Shown here in pieces: positions 39,640-49,424 of a DNA stretch of 55,260 nucleotides. The notes under the pieces were generated by a model that searched no databases, was not told the origin of the DNA, and saw only the letters and a program-made list of their open reading frames with translations. The translations under genes were made by a program, and so were the position numbers. The stretch lies in NCBI GenBank assembly GCA_046726415.1, contig JBKPAK010000146.1:1-55260 (forward strand), written 5' to 3'. This DNA comes from Candidatus Methylomirabilota bacterium. Lineage in GTDB: Bacteria > Methylomirabilota > Methylomirabilia > Rokubacteriales > CSP1-6. The first letter of the stretch is position 1. Every line of letters begins with the position of its first letter.

Positions 39640-40785
39640 ATGAAGATCGGGGTGCCCAGAGAGATTGCCGCGGGCGAGCGCCGCGTCGCGCTGACCCCGG
39701 ATGCCGCGGCCACGCTCGTCGGAGCTGGGCTGGAGATCGTCATCGAGACGGGAGCCGGCGACGGCGCATTCCAGTCCGACGCCGCCTTCGAACGGGCTGG
39801 CGCGCGCATTGCGCCCGACGCGGACGCACTCTACGCAGGGGCCAACGTCGTCCTCAAGGTGCAGAAGCCCGCTCCGGGTGAAGTGAGCCGGCTCCACGAG
39901 GGCGCGGTGCTGGTGTCGTTCCTGCAGGCGCTCACCAGCCCCGACCTCGTGCAGCAGCTGGCTGCGGGCCGGGTCACCAGCTTCGGCATGGAAGGCATCC
40001 CCCGCATCAGCCGTGCGCAGAAGATGGACGCGCTGTCGTCACAGGCCAACATCGCGGGCTACAAGGCGGTCCTCATCGCGGCCCAGTCGCTGGCGAAGTT
40101 CTTTCCGATGCTGATGACCGCGGCCGGTACCGTCTTCGCCGCCCGGGTGCTCGTGATCGGGGCGGGCGTGGCCGGGCTCCAGGCTGTCGCCACCGCGCGC
40201 CGGCTCGGGGCGCAGGTCTGGGGCTACGACGTCCGGCCCGTGGTGAAGGAACAGGTCGAGAGCCTGGGCGCGAAGTTCCTCGCGTTCGACCTGGGCATCG
40301 CCGACGCCGAGGCCAAGAGTGGCTACGCGACGGCGCTGTCCGCGGAGGCGAGCCGCCGTCAGCAGGAGATGCTCGCCGAGCGAATCAAGGAGTTCGACGT
40401 GGTCGTCACCACCGCACTGGTGCCCGGGCAGCCCGCGCCGCGCCTGGTGACCAAGGAGACCGTGGCCGGCATGCGGCCCGGCTCGGTGATCGTCGACGTC
40501 GCCGCCGAGGCAGGCGGCAACTGCGAGCTGACCGAGCCCGACGCGGTGGTCGTCAGGCACGGGGTGACCATCCACGGCCCGACCAACCTGCCCGCCACGA
40601 TGCCGGTCCACGCCAGCCAGCTCTATGCGCGCAACGTGACCGAGCTGCTCCGCGAGTTCGTCAAGGACAGCGCGCTGGCGCTCGACTTCGACGACGAGAT
40701 CATCAAGGCCGCCTGCGTCACGCACGGCGGCGCGGTGGTCAACCAAGCGGTCCAGGCCACCTTGGCCCCGGGAAAGCCGGGATGA
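39640..40785 (+). CDS. pntA: NAD(P) transhydrogenase alpha subunit, soluble NAD(H)-binding domain I (PntAA)
   Basis: ERRVALTP, RAQKMDALSSQ, GAGVAGLQA, GGNCE; no TM tail. Confidence 0.94.
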   Translation: MKIGVPREIAAGERRVALTPDAAATLVGAGLEIVIETGAGDGAFQSDAAFERAGARIAPDADALYAGANVVLKVQKPAPGEVSRLHEGAVLVSFLQALTSPDLVQQLAAGRVTSFGMEGIPRISRAQKMDALSSQANIAGYKAVLIAAQSLAKFFPMLMTAAGTVFAARVLVIGAGVAGLQAVATARRLGAQVWGYDVRPVVKEQVESLGAKFLAFDLGIADAEAKSGYATALSAEASRRQQEMLAERIKEFDVVVTTALVPGQPAPRLVTKETVAGMRPGSVIVDVAAEAGGNCELTEPDAVVVRHGVTIHGPTNLPATMPVHASQLYARNVTELLREFVKDSALALDFDDEIIKAACVTHGGAVVNQAVQATLAPGKPG

Positions 40786-42602
40786 CGACCGAGCTCGAAG
40801 TCGGCCTCTACATCTTCATGCTGGCCGGGTTCCTCGGCTACCACATCATCACCCGCGTCCCCCCGCTCCTGCACACGCCCCTCATGTCGGCGACGAATGC
40901 AATCGCGGCGATCTCGCTGGTCGGCTCGCTGGTGGTGGCGGGCAGCGACTACAGCAGCGTTCCCCACGGCTGGGTGTGTACCCTCCTCGGCTTCGTGGCG
41001 GTGACCTGCTCGTCCACGAACGCCGTCGGCGGGTTCCTGATCACGGACCGCATGTTGCGGATGTTCAAGACGGCGGAGGAGCGCGCGGGCGGGACGCGGC
41101 GACCGGTGGAGCTGCAGGCCGTCGGCTTCGTGCTTGCCGTCTTCGGGGCCGCCGCCGCGCTCCTCTACGCGATGAAGCCGGCCGGGATGGCGATGGGGGA
41201 CTACCTTCACGAGCACGTGGCTCCGGAGGTGCTCCGCTACGGGTACATCCTCTCGGCGGCGATGTTCGTGCTGGGGCTGAAGGGCCTGAGCTCGCCCAAG
41301 TGGGCCCGCTCGGGCATGGCCCTCGCCGCCTTCGGGATGATGGTCGCCGTCGTCGGCACGCTCTTCCATCCGCACATCGTGACGTACCGATTGATCGCCC
41401 TCGGCTTCGCGATCGGCGCGGTGGTCGGCGGCACGATGGGGCTCCGTATCCCGATGACCGCGGTGCCCCAGCGCACGGCGCTGTCGCACTCGCTGGGGGC
41501 CCTCGCGGCGTGCCTCGTAGGTGTCTCCGAGTACTTTCGTCACGGGGGGGCGCTCGACCGCGTGACCTTGACGGCCCTCGACTTCGAGGTGGTGGTCGGC
41601 GGGCTCACGTTCACGGGCAGCCTGATCGCCGCGGCCAAGCTCCAAGAGCTGCTGCCCGGGCGGCCCACCACGTACCGGGGCCAGAACGTGATCAGCCTGA
41701 CCCTGCTCGGCATCATCATCGCTTCGGGCGCCTACCTGGTCGTCACGCAGGCGGCGACCCCGTTCTTCTACGTGATGGTGGGGATGTCGCTGGTCTTCGG
41801 CCTGCTGCTCGTCATCCCCATCGGCGCCGCTGACATGCCGGTGGTGATCGCGCTGCTCAACTCCTACGGCGGCCTCGCCGACGCCGCCATGGGTTTCGTG
41901 CTGACGAACAAGATCCAGATCATCACGGGATCGCTCGACGGCACCTCGGGCCTCCTGCTTGCCCTGCTCATGTGCCGGGCGATGAACCGCTCGGCGGCGA
42001 ACGTGCTCTTCGGCGCGTTCGGCAAGGCGTCGGAGGAGGACGCCGCGGCCGCCGCCGAGGCGAAAGGCACCGTGCGCAGCATCGCCCCCGAGGAGACCGC
42101 CGTGCTCTTCGAGACCGCCCGCAAGGTCGTGGTCGTGCCCGGCTACGGCATGGCCGTGGCGCAGGCCCAGCACGCGGTGGCCGAGCTGGGCAACATCTTG
42201 AAGGAGCGCGGGGTCGACGTGAAGTATGCGATCCATCCCGTGGCCGGCCGCATGCCGGGCCACATGAACGTGCTCCTGGCCGAGGCCAACGTTCCCTACG
42301 AGCAGCTCGTGGAGATGGAGGCGATGAACCCGTTCTTCCCGGAGGCCGATATCGCGCTGGTCGTGGGCGCCAACGACGTCACGAATCCCGCGGCCAAGAG
42401 CAACAGGTCGAGCCCCCTGTTCGGTATGCCGATCCTGGAGGTCGACCGCGCCAAGTCGATCATCGTGCTGAAGCGCAGCATGCGCCCGGGCTTCGCCGGC
42501 GTGGACAATGACCTGTACTACGGCGAGAAGTGCATGATGCTCTTCGGCGACGCCAAGGACAGCCTCACCAAGCTCATCACCGAAATGAAGTCGCTGCTGT
42601 GA
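40782..42602 (+). CDS. pntB: NAD(P) transhydrogenase, fused alpha-2 (PntAB) + beta subunit
   Basis: N-terminal LHTPLMSATNAI...GGFLITDRMLRMF, followed in frame by beta motifs IGAADMPVVI, VPGYGMAVAQAQ, HPVAGRMPGHMN, GANDVTNP. Confidence 0.93.
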   Translation: MTTELEVGLYIFMLAGFLGYHIITRVPPLLHTPLMSATNAIAAISLVGSLVVAGSDYSSVPHGWVCTLLGFVAVTCSSTNAVGGFLITDRMLRMFKTAEERAGGTRRPVELQAVGFVLAVFGAAAALLYAMKPAGMAMGDYLHEHVAPEVLRYGYILSAAMFVLGLKGLSSPKWARSGMALAAFGMMVAVVGTLFHPHIVTYRLIALGFAIGAVVGGTMGLRIPMTAVPQRTALSHSLGALAACLVGVSEYFRHGGALDRVTLTALDFEVVVGGLTFTGSLIAAAKLQELLPGRPTTYRGQNVISLTLLGIIIASGAYLVVTQAATPFFYVMVGMSLVFGLLLVIPIGAADMPVVIALLNSYGGLADAAMGFVLTNKIQIITGSLDGTSGLLLALLMCRAMNRSAANVLFGAFGKASEEDAAAAAEAKGTVRSIAPEETAVLFETARKVVVVPGYGMAVAQAQHAVAELGNILKERGVDVKYAIHPVAGRMPGHMNVLLAEANVPYEQLVEMEAMNPFFPEADIALVVGANDVTNPAAKSNRSSPLFGMPILEVDRAKSIIVLKRSMRPGFAGVDNDLYYGEKCMMLFGDAKDSLTKLITEMKSLL

Positions 42603-42605
42603 GGG

Positions 42606-42814
42606 TGTTTCGCCTCCTCCAGGAAGATCTCGCCCTCCGAGGTCAGGCGCATGGTGCGAGAGTTGCGCACCAACAGTTGGACGCCGAGCTCCTGCTCGAG
42701 ATCGGAAACCGTCTGGCTCAACGCAGGCTGGACGATGTGCAGCCGGCGGGCCGCTTCGCGGAACCCCCTCGACTCCGCCACCGCCCGGAAGTAGCGCAGG
42801 TGTCTCAGTTCCAT
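42606..42814 (-). pseudogene. LysR-family regulator, HTH fragment only
   Basis: MELRHLRYFRAVAE...QPALSQ...LEQELG; ends at the pntB stop, with no substrate-binding domain. Confidence 0.82.
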
Positions 42815-42935
42815 CGGGCCCTCGGTGATCGCGCCGGGCGATCACTCCGATAGAAACATACTACGCATCCGCGCCACGCCCTCCGGGCATCGCAGGAGTG
42901 ACCGAGCATCACAGACCGCCCCAGCGAGGTGACCG

Positions 42936-43625
42936 ATGACTCTCCAGCAGCGCTTGGATGCCTTCAAGGCCGCGTTCGAGTCCGGGGCGCCTCCGTACAA
43001 TGCGCCTCGCGAGGCAATCGAGACCATGCACCGGGCCACCGAGGAGCTCCGACAGTCCGGGTTGGCCCAGCGCGCGCTCAAGGTCGGCGATCTGGCTCCG
43101 GCGTTCGAGCTCACCAACCAGGACGGCGAGCTCGTGCGCTCCTCTGACCTGCTGGCCCGGGGCCCGCTGGTGATCTCGTTCTTCCGCGGACACTGGTGAC
43201 CCTACTGCATGATGGAGCTGGAAGCTCTGCAAGCGGTGTGGCCCGAGCTTCGAGCACTGGGCGCCTCGCTCGTCGCGCTCTCTCCACAAGTGGCGCCGTA
43301 CGGGCGGGTCGTGCGCCGACGCGCGAAGCTCGAGTTCGACGTCCTGACCGATCTCCACCTCCGCGTGGCCGAGGCCTTCGCGCTCGCCTTCACCTTGCCA
43401 ACCCCTCTGAAGGATCTGTACGCGGCCTTCGGCAACGCGCTCGACAAGTTTCACGACGAGCCGGGCTTTCGCCTTCCGATGCCCGCCCGCTACGTCCTCG
43501 ACCAGCACGGACGGATCCAAGCCGCCGATGTGAATCCGGACTACACGGTCCGGCCAGATCCAGAGGACACCGTCGGAATTGTCCGCCAGCTCCAGGCGGC
43601 GGGATCGAAGGCGACCCGGGCGTGA
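42936..43625 (+). CDS. Peroxiredoxin-like AhpC/TSA family protein, probable selenoprotein (UxxC)
   Basis: The two track ORFs are in the same frame, joined by TGA 43197-43199 in FFRGHW-[TGA]-PYC, the position of the first Cys of the CxxC motif. Confidence 0.85.
43200..43231 (+). other. Candidate bacterial SECIS hairpin
   Basis: GAGCT-GGA-AGCTC stem-loop (43215-43227) with outer TGCA/TGCA pairing; the loop starts with G, 20 nt after the UGA. Confidence 0.6.
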
Positions 43626-43830
43626 CTCTGACCCGGCTCTCCTGCACGCCCCTCTCAACCTGATGCTCTCGCCTCCCTTTAGAGGGTTGACGGGGCGAGA
43701 TGGTGGCGTCTGCCGACATTCCAGGCGCGACGCGCAACCGGCGCCCCCACACCGGCGTCATAGGGCTAGGAGGACATCAGTTGGCCGGTGCGCCGTACGA
43801 GGTGCACCGTGATCGCATCAGGAGATGAGC

Positions 43831-43975
43831 ATGGCTGAGCTGGAACGTTATGAGGACCTCGTCCTGGGTAGCGGCGCGGGCGGCAAGCTCCTGGCCTGGC
43901 ACCTGGCGCAGTCCGGGCGCCGGACGGCCGTCGTCGAGCGACGCTGGATCGGCGGCTCCTGCCCCAACATCGCCC
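43831..43975 (+). pseudogene. 5' fragment of a pyridine nucleotide-disulfide oxidoreductase (mercuric reductase/LPD-like)
   Basis: LVLGSGAGG...VVERRWIGGSCPNIA, cut before the second redox Cys. Confidence 0.8.
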
Positions 43976-44328
43976 CGCGGAGCACGCTCATCTTGAACGG
44001 GCTGCCCGGCGCCACGCCAGCCAACTTGTTTCGGATGTTCTCGATGTTGTCCTCAGACACGACAGGGATGCCCTCGACCGAGAGGATGATGTCGCCGCCC
44101 AGGGCCAGCTCCTTCCCGCCGATGGTGAGATCCTATCGCCGCCCTTCAGGCCCATGTCCCACGCCCTCGAACCCTGGGCGACCGTCTTGACGAGGAACCC
44201 GGCGGGCGCGGGGACGTTGAAGATAGCCGCGAGGTCGCCGGTGAGTAAGGTGCCCTGGAGGGCACCCCAGAATACCTTCCGGGGGACCAAGAGGTTTCGC
44301 GCGGCTGTTGATCGACACGACAAAGCCC
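43975..44328 (-). pseudogene. Frameshifted 3' fragment of an HtrA/DegP-like protease (PDZ region)
   Basis: GFLVKTVAQGSRA..MGLKGGD / GGDIILSVEG...MSVLR. Confidence 0.6.
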
Positions 44329-44329
44329 A

Positions 44330-44750
44330 GCCGGCCGGCAATCGTGTCGGCGTTGCCATCGATCAGCCAGCCAAAAGCGGCGGAGGCACCCAACAGGCCG
44401 ATGACGATTTCGGAGTTCTCGCCGCGGTCGATGCCGGCGTCAGGAGCGTTGTGGAATCCGTAGCGGTCGGTCCGCGCTTCCATCCGAACGGGCTCCCGTC
44501 GAGCAAGGGCTTCATGGTGTAGCCGTAGTACGGATGGACGACATAGTTCTGCCGGTAGACGTTCGTGATGGTCGCGGCGAGCAGGGCGTCGGCGGCGTCC
44601 TTCTCGGCGCCGAGGAAGCCCCGCTGGGCGCGAACGTGTTCGCCGAGGGCCGCCCGCAGGAAGAGCTCGCCGACGATGAGAACTGCCGCCGCCATCCCGC
44701 ACAGGGCCAGCGCCCCAGCGCAGGGCGGCGGCGGCGGCGCGGGCCCGCCT
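44330..44750 (-). pseudogene. Frameshifted, truncated membrane-anchored protein (possibly SGNH-like)
   Basis: TM segment, HPYYGY, then a shifted frame TDRYGF...IGLLGASAAFG; truncated. Confidence 0.4.
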
Positions 44751-44755
44751 CGCGC

Positions 44756-46561
44756 TCAGGGCGACACGCGGGGCACAGTGTAGCCGAAGTATCCGATGAA
44801 CATCTCGTCCCGGCTCTTCCCGCCCCAGTGCACCTCGCGGGACGGGTCGGGGTTCGCGGGGTTCTGCGGCGAGTTGTCGAAGGCCCCCGTGGCGACGATC
44901 GTCGTACCGGCGGGCAGCCGCCTCGGCGCCTGCAGCTGGTAGATGGCCTGCCACGCGAATTGGAAGCGCGGGACCGACAGGAGGGCTTCGCGGCGTCCGT
45001 CAGGCGCGATCGCCTCGAAGCGGAAGCGGCTGCCCCGGTAGTGCATGTGCGGAGCGAGGTCGTGGAGCACCACCGGCGTGGTGAGCACGCGCGTCGCCTG
45101 GACCTCGTGGTCCGGCGCGAAGGGCGGAATACGAAGGTCGAGCTGGGCGACCGCGCCGACTCGGTACTCGAGCCGCGGCGGTTCTCGATGAAAGTATAGG
45201 CCCAACTTCGGGCGGTCAATCGTGGCATAGCCGGCCGAGGTGTAGTGGAGCTGGAACACGAAGGTGGCGCCCGCGGGGAGAAGCAGCCCCGACCCCTCCG
45301 GAAGCGGCGTCGGCTCGAGCCCGGGCGCGTAGGCGGCAAAGAACGTATTCATAGCAAAGCGCCACCACTCGGGCTGCCGGTCGCGCAGGCGCGCCGGATA
45401 GTCGAGGAAGGCGAAGAGGTGATGCGCGACCGCCCGGTTGGCCGGCCGGAGGTCGACGGCGCGCACCCATTGGTCATTCACGGCCGTCACGGGAATCCGC
45501 ACGTACCGATAGTCGGTCTCCCCGCTTGCCGGAACCTCCTGTTCCGGCAGCTCGACCACGAGATCCGGCGGCCCGAGCGGCCACTCTGTTTGGCGCACGA
45601 CGTCGGCCGCCACGACGAGAGGATCCGGACCTTCGCCGCGCGGCGCGCCCGCGTCGATCCAGTGGACGAGGGTCCGCTGCTCGGCCACGGTCAGGGACCG
45701 GTCATGGGCGAAGCGCCCAACGGCGGGGTCAGCGTTCCAGGGAGGCATGCGGCGCGTGAGGATGACCTCACGCATCATGGGGGCCCAGCCCTTGACGCGT
45801 GCGTAGCCGTCCATGGCCCAGGGTCCGATGCCACCCGGGCGATGGCACATGACACAGCGCTCGCGCAGGATCGGCGCCGCATCGCCCGTGTACGTGAGCG
45901 GTCGCCGGCGGCTCGCCTCGAGCTCATCCGTGTTGATGACGCAGCCGATGACCGGTGCCGGGATCGACTTCCCGGTCGGCGCGCGGCCGTCCAGCAGCCC
46001 TTGTACGGCGTCCGCCGCGTAGTCCCGCCGGCCACCCGCGGGTCGCGCCCCCTCGTAGTGAAGGCGGTCGTCGAGTGGTCCGCGGTAGACGACGTGCCAC
46101 GTGCGGGGATCGAGGACGAAAACTTCGCCGGTTCTGGTGATGCGGAGTCGCTCGAGCACGAGCTGACTGTCGTCCTTGAGAATGGGGAGATTCGGTTCGA
46201 GGAGAGCGGCCTCCTGCTGAAGCGCCGCGCGATCGTCCTGGGGATTCCCGTTCAGGAGCAGGATGGCTACCCGGTCGCGCGAGAACCGGCTACGGAGAGC
46301 GCGGAGAGCCGGCACGCTCTGGCGGGACACTGGACAGCCCACGCCATAGACGAAGAGCACGACCGCGGCCCTGTCGCGATAGCGCGAGAGCTGATGGAAT
46401 GCGCCGGTGTGGTCGAGCAACGCCCAGTCGGGAACGACCAGCGCGTCGGGCGGGGCCGCCACCTCTGACCGCAGGTGCAGGGCGATCCCCAGACCGGCCA
46501 GCGCGATGAGCGCACCGAGCGCAGGTCCGGACCGCAGCAGCCGACTCAGTCGGTTCGTCAA
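44756..46561 (-). CDS. Redoxin domain + c-type cytochrome + copper type II monooxygenase-like fusion protein
   Basis: Signal/TM, redoxin fold (GCPVS...YRGPLDD...GC), CVMCH heme motif, HH, QLHY, PHMHYRG, DEMF. Confidence 0.85.
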   Translation of the reverse strand: MTNRLSRLLRSGPALGALIALAGLGIALHLRSEVAAPPDALVVPDWALLDHTGAFHQLSRYRDRAAVVLFVYGVGCPVSRQSVPALRALRSRFSRDRVAILLLNGNPQDDRAALQQEAALLEPNLPILKDDSQLVLERLRITRTGEVFVLDPRTWHVVYRGPLDDRLHYEGARPAGGRRDYAADAVQGLLDGRAPTGKSIPAPVIGCVINTDELEASRRRPLTYTGDAAPILRERCVMCHRPGGIGPWAMDGYARVKGWAPMMREVILTRRMPPWNADPAVGRFAHDRSLTVAEQRTLVHWIDAGAPRGEGPDPLVVAADVVRQTEWPLGPPDLVVELPEQEVPASGETDYRYVRIPVTAVNDQWVRAVDLRPANRAVAHHLFAFLDYPARLRDRQPEWWRFAMNTFFAAYAPGLEPTPLPEGSGLLLPAGATFVFQLHYTSAGYATIDRPKLGLYFHREPPRLEYRVGAVAQLDLRIPPFAPDHEVQATRVLTTPVVLHDLAPHMHYRGSRFRFEAIAPDGRREALLSVPRFQFAWQAIYQLQAPRRLPAGTTIVATGAFDNSPQNPANPDPSREVHWGGKSRDEMFIGYFGYTVPRVSP

Positions 46562-46731
46562 CGTCCTGCAATGTGGCGACCGGTCCTACGCCAGGCCGAT
46601 CCGCCTGGCGGTCGGTCGAGAGTGCCGTGTCCGCACGGGTTGAGGATAGCATACGGAGCGGGCGACTATAATCGCCGGTCGATGCGGATCGAGGGCGCGG
46701 TCGCACTCGTCACCGGCGCCGAGCGAGGAAC

Positions 46732-47515
46732 GCCGGGTTCCTCGAGCACACCGACCATCACCTCGGCCGCCTCGTAGACACCCTGCAGAGCCTGGAAGTG
46801 CTCGACGACACGCTCATCTACTACATCCTCGGGGACAATGGCGCCTCGGCCGAGGGCACCCTCAACGGCTGCTTCAACGAGCTGGCCACGCCGAACGGCA
46901 TGCCCGACCTCGAGACGGTCGAGTTCCTGACGAGCAGGCTCGATGCCTTCGGCGGGCCGAACGCCTAGAACCACTACGCGGTGGGCTGGGCGCACGCGAT
47001 GTGCACCCCGTACCAGTGGACCAAGCAGGTGGCATCGCACTGGGGCGGCACCCGCAACGGCACGATCGTGCACTGGCCGAAGGGGATCAAGGGCAAGAAC
47101 GAGATCCGATCGCAGTTCCACCACGTGATCGACGTCGCGCCGACCATCCTGGAGGTCGCGGGGCTGCCCGCGCCGACAGTCGTCAACAGCATCCAGCAGG
47201 CGCCGCGCGAGGGCGTCAGCATGCGATATGCGTTTGATGATGCCAAGGCCGCCGAGCGCCACGAGACTCAGTACTTCGAGATGTTCTGCAACCGCGGGAT
47301 CTACCACAAGGGGTGGACCGCCGTCACGCGGCACAGCCTCCCCTGGGCGGTGACCGAGCTGCCGGCCTTCGAGGAGGACGTCTGGGAGCTGTACGGCCCG
47401 GACGACTGGACCCAGGCGGGAACTTCGCGAAGGAGAACTCGAAAAAGCTGGCAGAGCTGCAGCGGCTCTGGTGATCGAGGCGACAAAGTACCACGTTCTC
47501 CCGCTCGACGACCGG
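46732..47515 (+). pseudogene. Internal fragment of an arylsulfatase
   Basis: AGFLEHTDHH.GRL, GDNGASAEG, WTKQVASHWGGTRN, QFHHVID, TQYFEM; in-frame TAG at 46966 and later frameshifts. Preceded by a 13-codon SDR start (MRIEGAVALVTGA, 46682-46720). Confidence 0.88.
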
Positions 47516-47892
47516 GAGCGGCCCTCGAGGAAGTCCAGGATCTCCTGGCGGTGCTCGCTGACGACCTTGGCGGCCGCCGTGGCCAGCAGCTGGCGGTCAC
47601 ATTCCGACTTCAGCACCAGCCGCGTGGGAATCTCGGCGAGACGTTCCATCACCGCCGGCGGCGAGCGCAGCCCCTGGTCGTCGCGGCAGGCCGGGGGCAG
47701 ATCGCTCAGATCGTCCCTCCACTGCGCATCGAGGTGGCGAAGCGGGATCACGTGGATGGTGTTGCGGTCCGGGAACACCCCCTCGATCTGCAGGCTGCGG
47801 AAGAATAACGCCTGATACGTGCTGGCCCGTTCCTCCATGATGCTCGGAACTCGCGAGAAGTCGAAGGTGAGCCGCAGTCGCTGGCCAAGCAA
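47515..47892 (-). pseudogene. Fragment of an unidentified protein
   Basis: Protein-like frame (LTFDFSRVPSIMEE...EILDFLEG) ending at the collision with the sulfatase fragment. Confidence 0.35.
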
Positions 47893-48267
47893 ACCTACGC
47901 GGCATCCTCGGCGCGGACGAGCAGGAAGGTCAGTGATCAGCGACGACGGCGACGATCGCCGGAAGCAGGGCTCGCGGCCGTGATCTGACCGAGGCGCAGA
48001 TGATCGTCGACCAGGATCGGGGAACGCCCGTTCTCCTGCCCCATCCGCAAGCGCGAGGCTCTCGGACCGGATGTTGTCGGCGAACCGTCACCGCGCATCA
48101 GCGCGGGCCGCTGCATTGTGGCGTTTTCGAGATAGGCGTCCAAACGTCTCGACCAATGTGCGATAGACGTTGCACTCGAGGACTTTCTCAAGCGACGAAC
48201 GAATGGGGAAAGCCCCCAACCTATATTGTCAGATAGGGGGCAGGAAGTCTGACACCCGCGTCGAGCG

Positions 48268-48993
48268 CTACCCGGCGATGACGGAGCGGGGCGCGGCCGC
48301 TTGGTACTCGGACACGCCCATTGCGGCGAGCGTCTTCCGGCCGAGCGGCGTGACGGAGAGGGCCCGGCTGTCGGGAATGCGCGCGACCAGACGTCGGGCG
48401 AGGAAAGCCTCTGCCAGGGCCGCGCCCACGGCGCCGGAGATGTGGTGGCGTCTCTCGGTCCAGTCGATGCAGCCGCGGCAGTAGTGACGCTTCGCGCCTC
48501 GCGCCTTCGGCAGATCGACGCCGAGTCCCGCGAGGAATCGCTCACCGGTCGGGGTGACTTCCCCACCGCCGTCGACGAGCACGACGTGATGACGGCGCAG
48601 GAGGATGTCGCACAGGGCGACGCCCAGGCGCCCGGCCATGTGGTCGTAGCACATCCGCGCTTCTCGGAGCGCCGGCTCGACGTGATGGTGGGCCGGCCAG
48701 CCGTTGGACGGGATGGTCGCCACCGTCATCAGCCCCTCGATGGCCCGAGCGACCTCCGCTGAGCGCAGCCGGTAATAGTGGCAGCGGCCCTGCTTCTCCA
48801 TGACCAGCAGGTGGCCGGCAAGCAGGCGGGAGAGATGGCTGCTGGCCGTCGCCGCGGTCACCCCGGCGAAGTAGGCCAACTCTTTCGCGGTCAGCGCGCG
48901 GCCGGTGAGCAGCGCGGTGAGGATGCGCGTCCGGGCGGGCTCGCCCAGGAGCGCCGCCACCGTGGAGAGCATGTCCGTGTCGCCCATCACCAA
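48268..48993 (-). CDS. ArsR-family transcriptional regulator (long form)
   Basis: LLGEPARTRIL, ATASSHLSRL, QGRCHYY, ARMCYDHMAG, CIDWTERRHH. Confidence 0.9.
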   Translation of the reverse strand: MVMGDTDMLSTVAALLGEPARTRILTALLTGRALTAKELAYFAGVTAATASSHLSRLLAGHLLVMEKQGRCHYYRLRSAEVARAIEGLMTVATIPSNGWPAHHHVEPALREARMCYDHMAGRLGVALCDILLRRHHVVLVDGGGEVTPTGERFLAGLGVDLPKARGAKRHYCRGCIDWTERRHHISGAVGAALAEAFLARRLVARIPDSRALSVTPLGRKTLAAMGVSEYQAAAPRSVIAG

Positions 48994-49115
48994 GGACTAC
49001 CGTGAGACTAAAGGGCGATGGCCTTGGCGGCAAGTGGGGACGCTTCGGGCTGGATCGAAGCGTTTTGCATGGATGGGCGCGCGTCCCGGGCCATACTCCA
49101 GGAAAAGGAGGCGTC

Positions 49116-49424
49116 ATGCTCACACTGTGCATCCGCTACACGCTGGACTCCACCAAGCTCGCTGATTTCGAGGCCTACGCGCGTGGCGTGGCCGGTCCCA
49201 TCGAGCGCTGCGGCGGCAAGGTCGTCGGCTATTTCGCTCCGACGAAGTTCGCCGGGCCCACGAACGTCGGGCTCGCGCTCATCGATTTCCCGAGTCTCGC
49301 CGCCTACGAGCGGTACCGCGAGGCGTTGGCCGCCGATTCCGAGCACGCAGACGTGGCACGGCGCGCCGCCCAGTCCGGCGTCATCCTGGTCGAGGACCGC
49401 TCGTTCGTCCAGCGCGCGTCGTAG
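49116..49424 (+). CDS. NIPSNAP family protein
   Basis: CIRYTLD...FEAYA...GYFAP...FPSLAAYERYR; AAGGAGG RBS; divergent from ArsR. Confidence 0.85.
   Translation: MLTLCIRYTLDSTKLADFEAYARGVAGPIERCGGKVVGYFAPTKFAGPTNVGLALIDFPSLAAYERYREALAADSEHADVARRAAQSGVILVEDRSFVQRAS

Noticed and set aside
40623-42845. 740-aa minus-strand ORF
   Set aside because: Antisense shadow of pntB.
48212-48254. Overlapping inverted repeats (CCTAT/ATAGG, TGTCAGA/TCTGACA) downstream of ArsR
   Set aside because: Short stems and no U-tract; cannot distinguish terminator, operator or chance.
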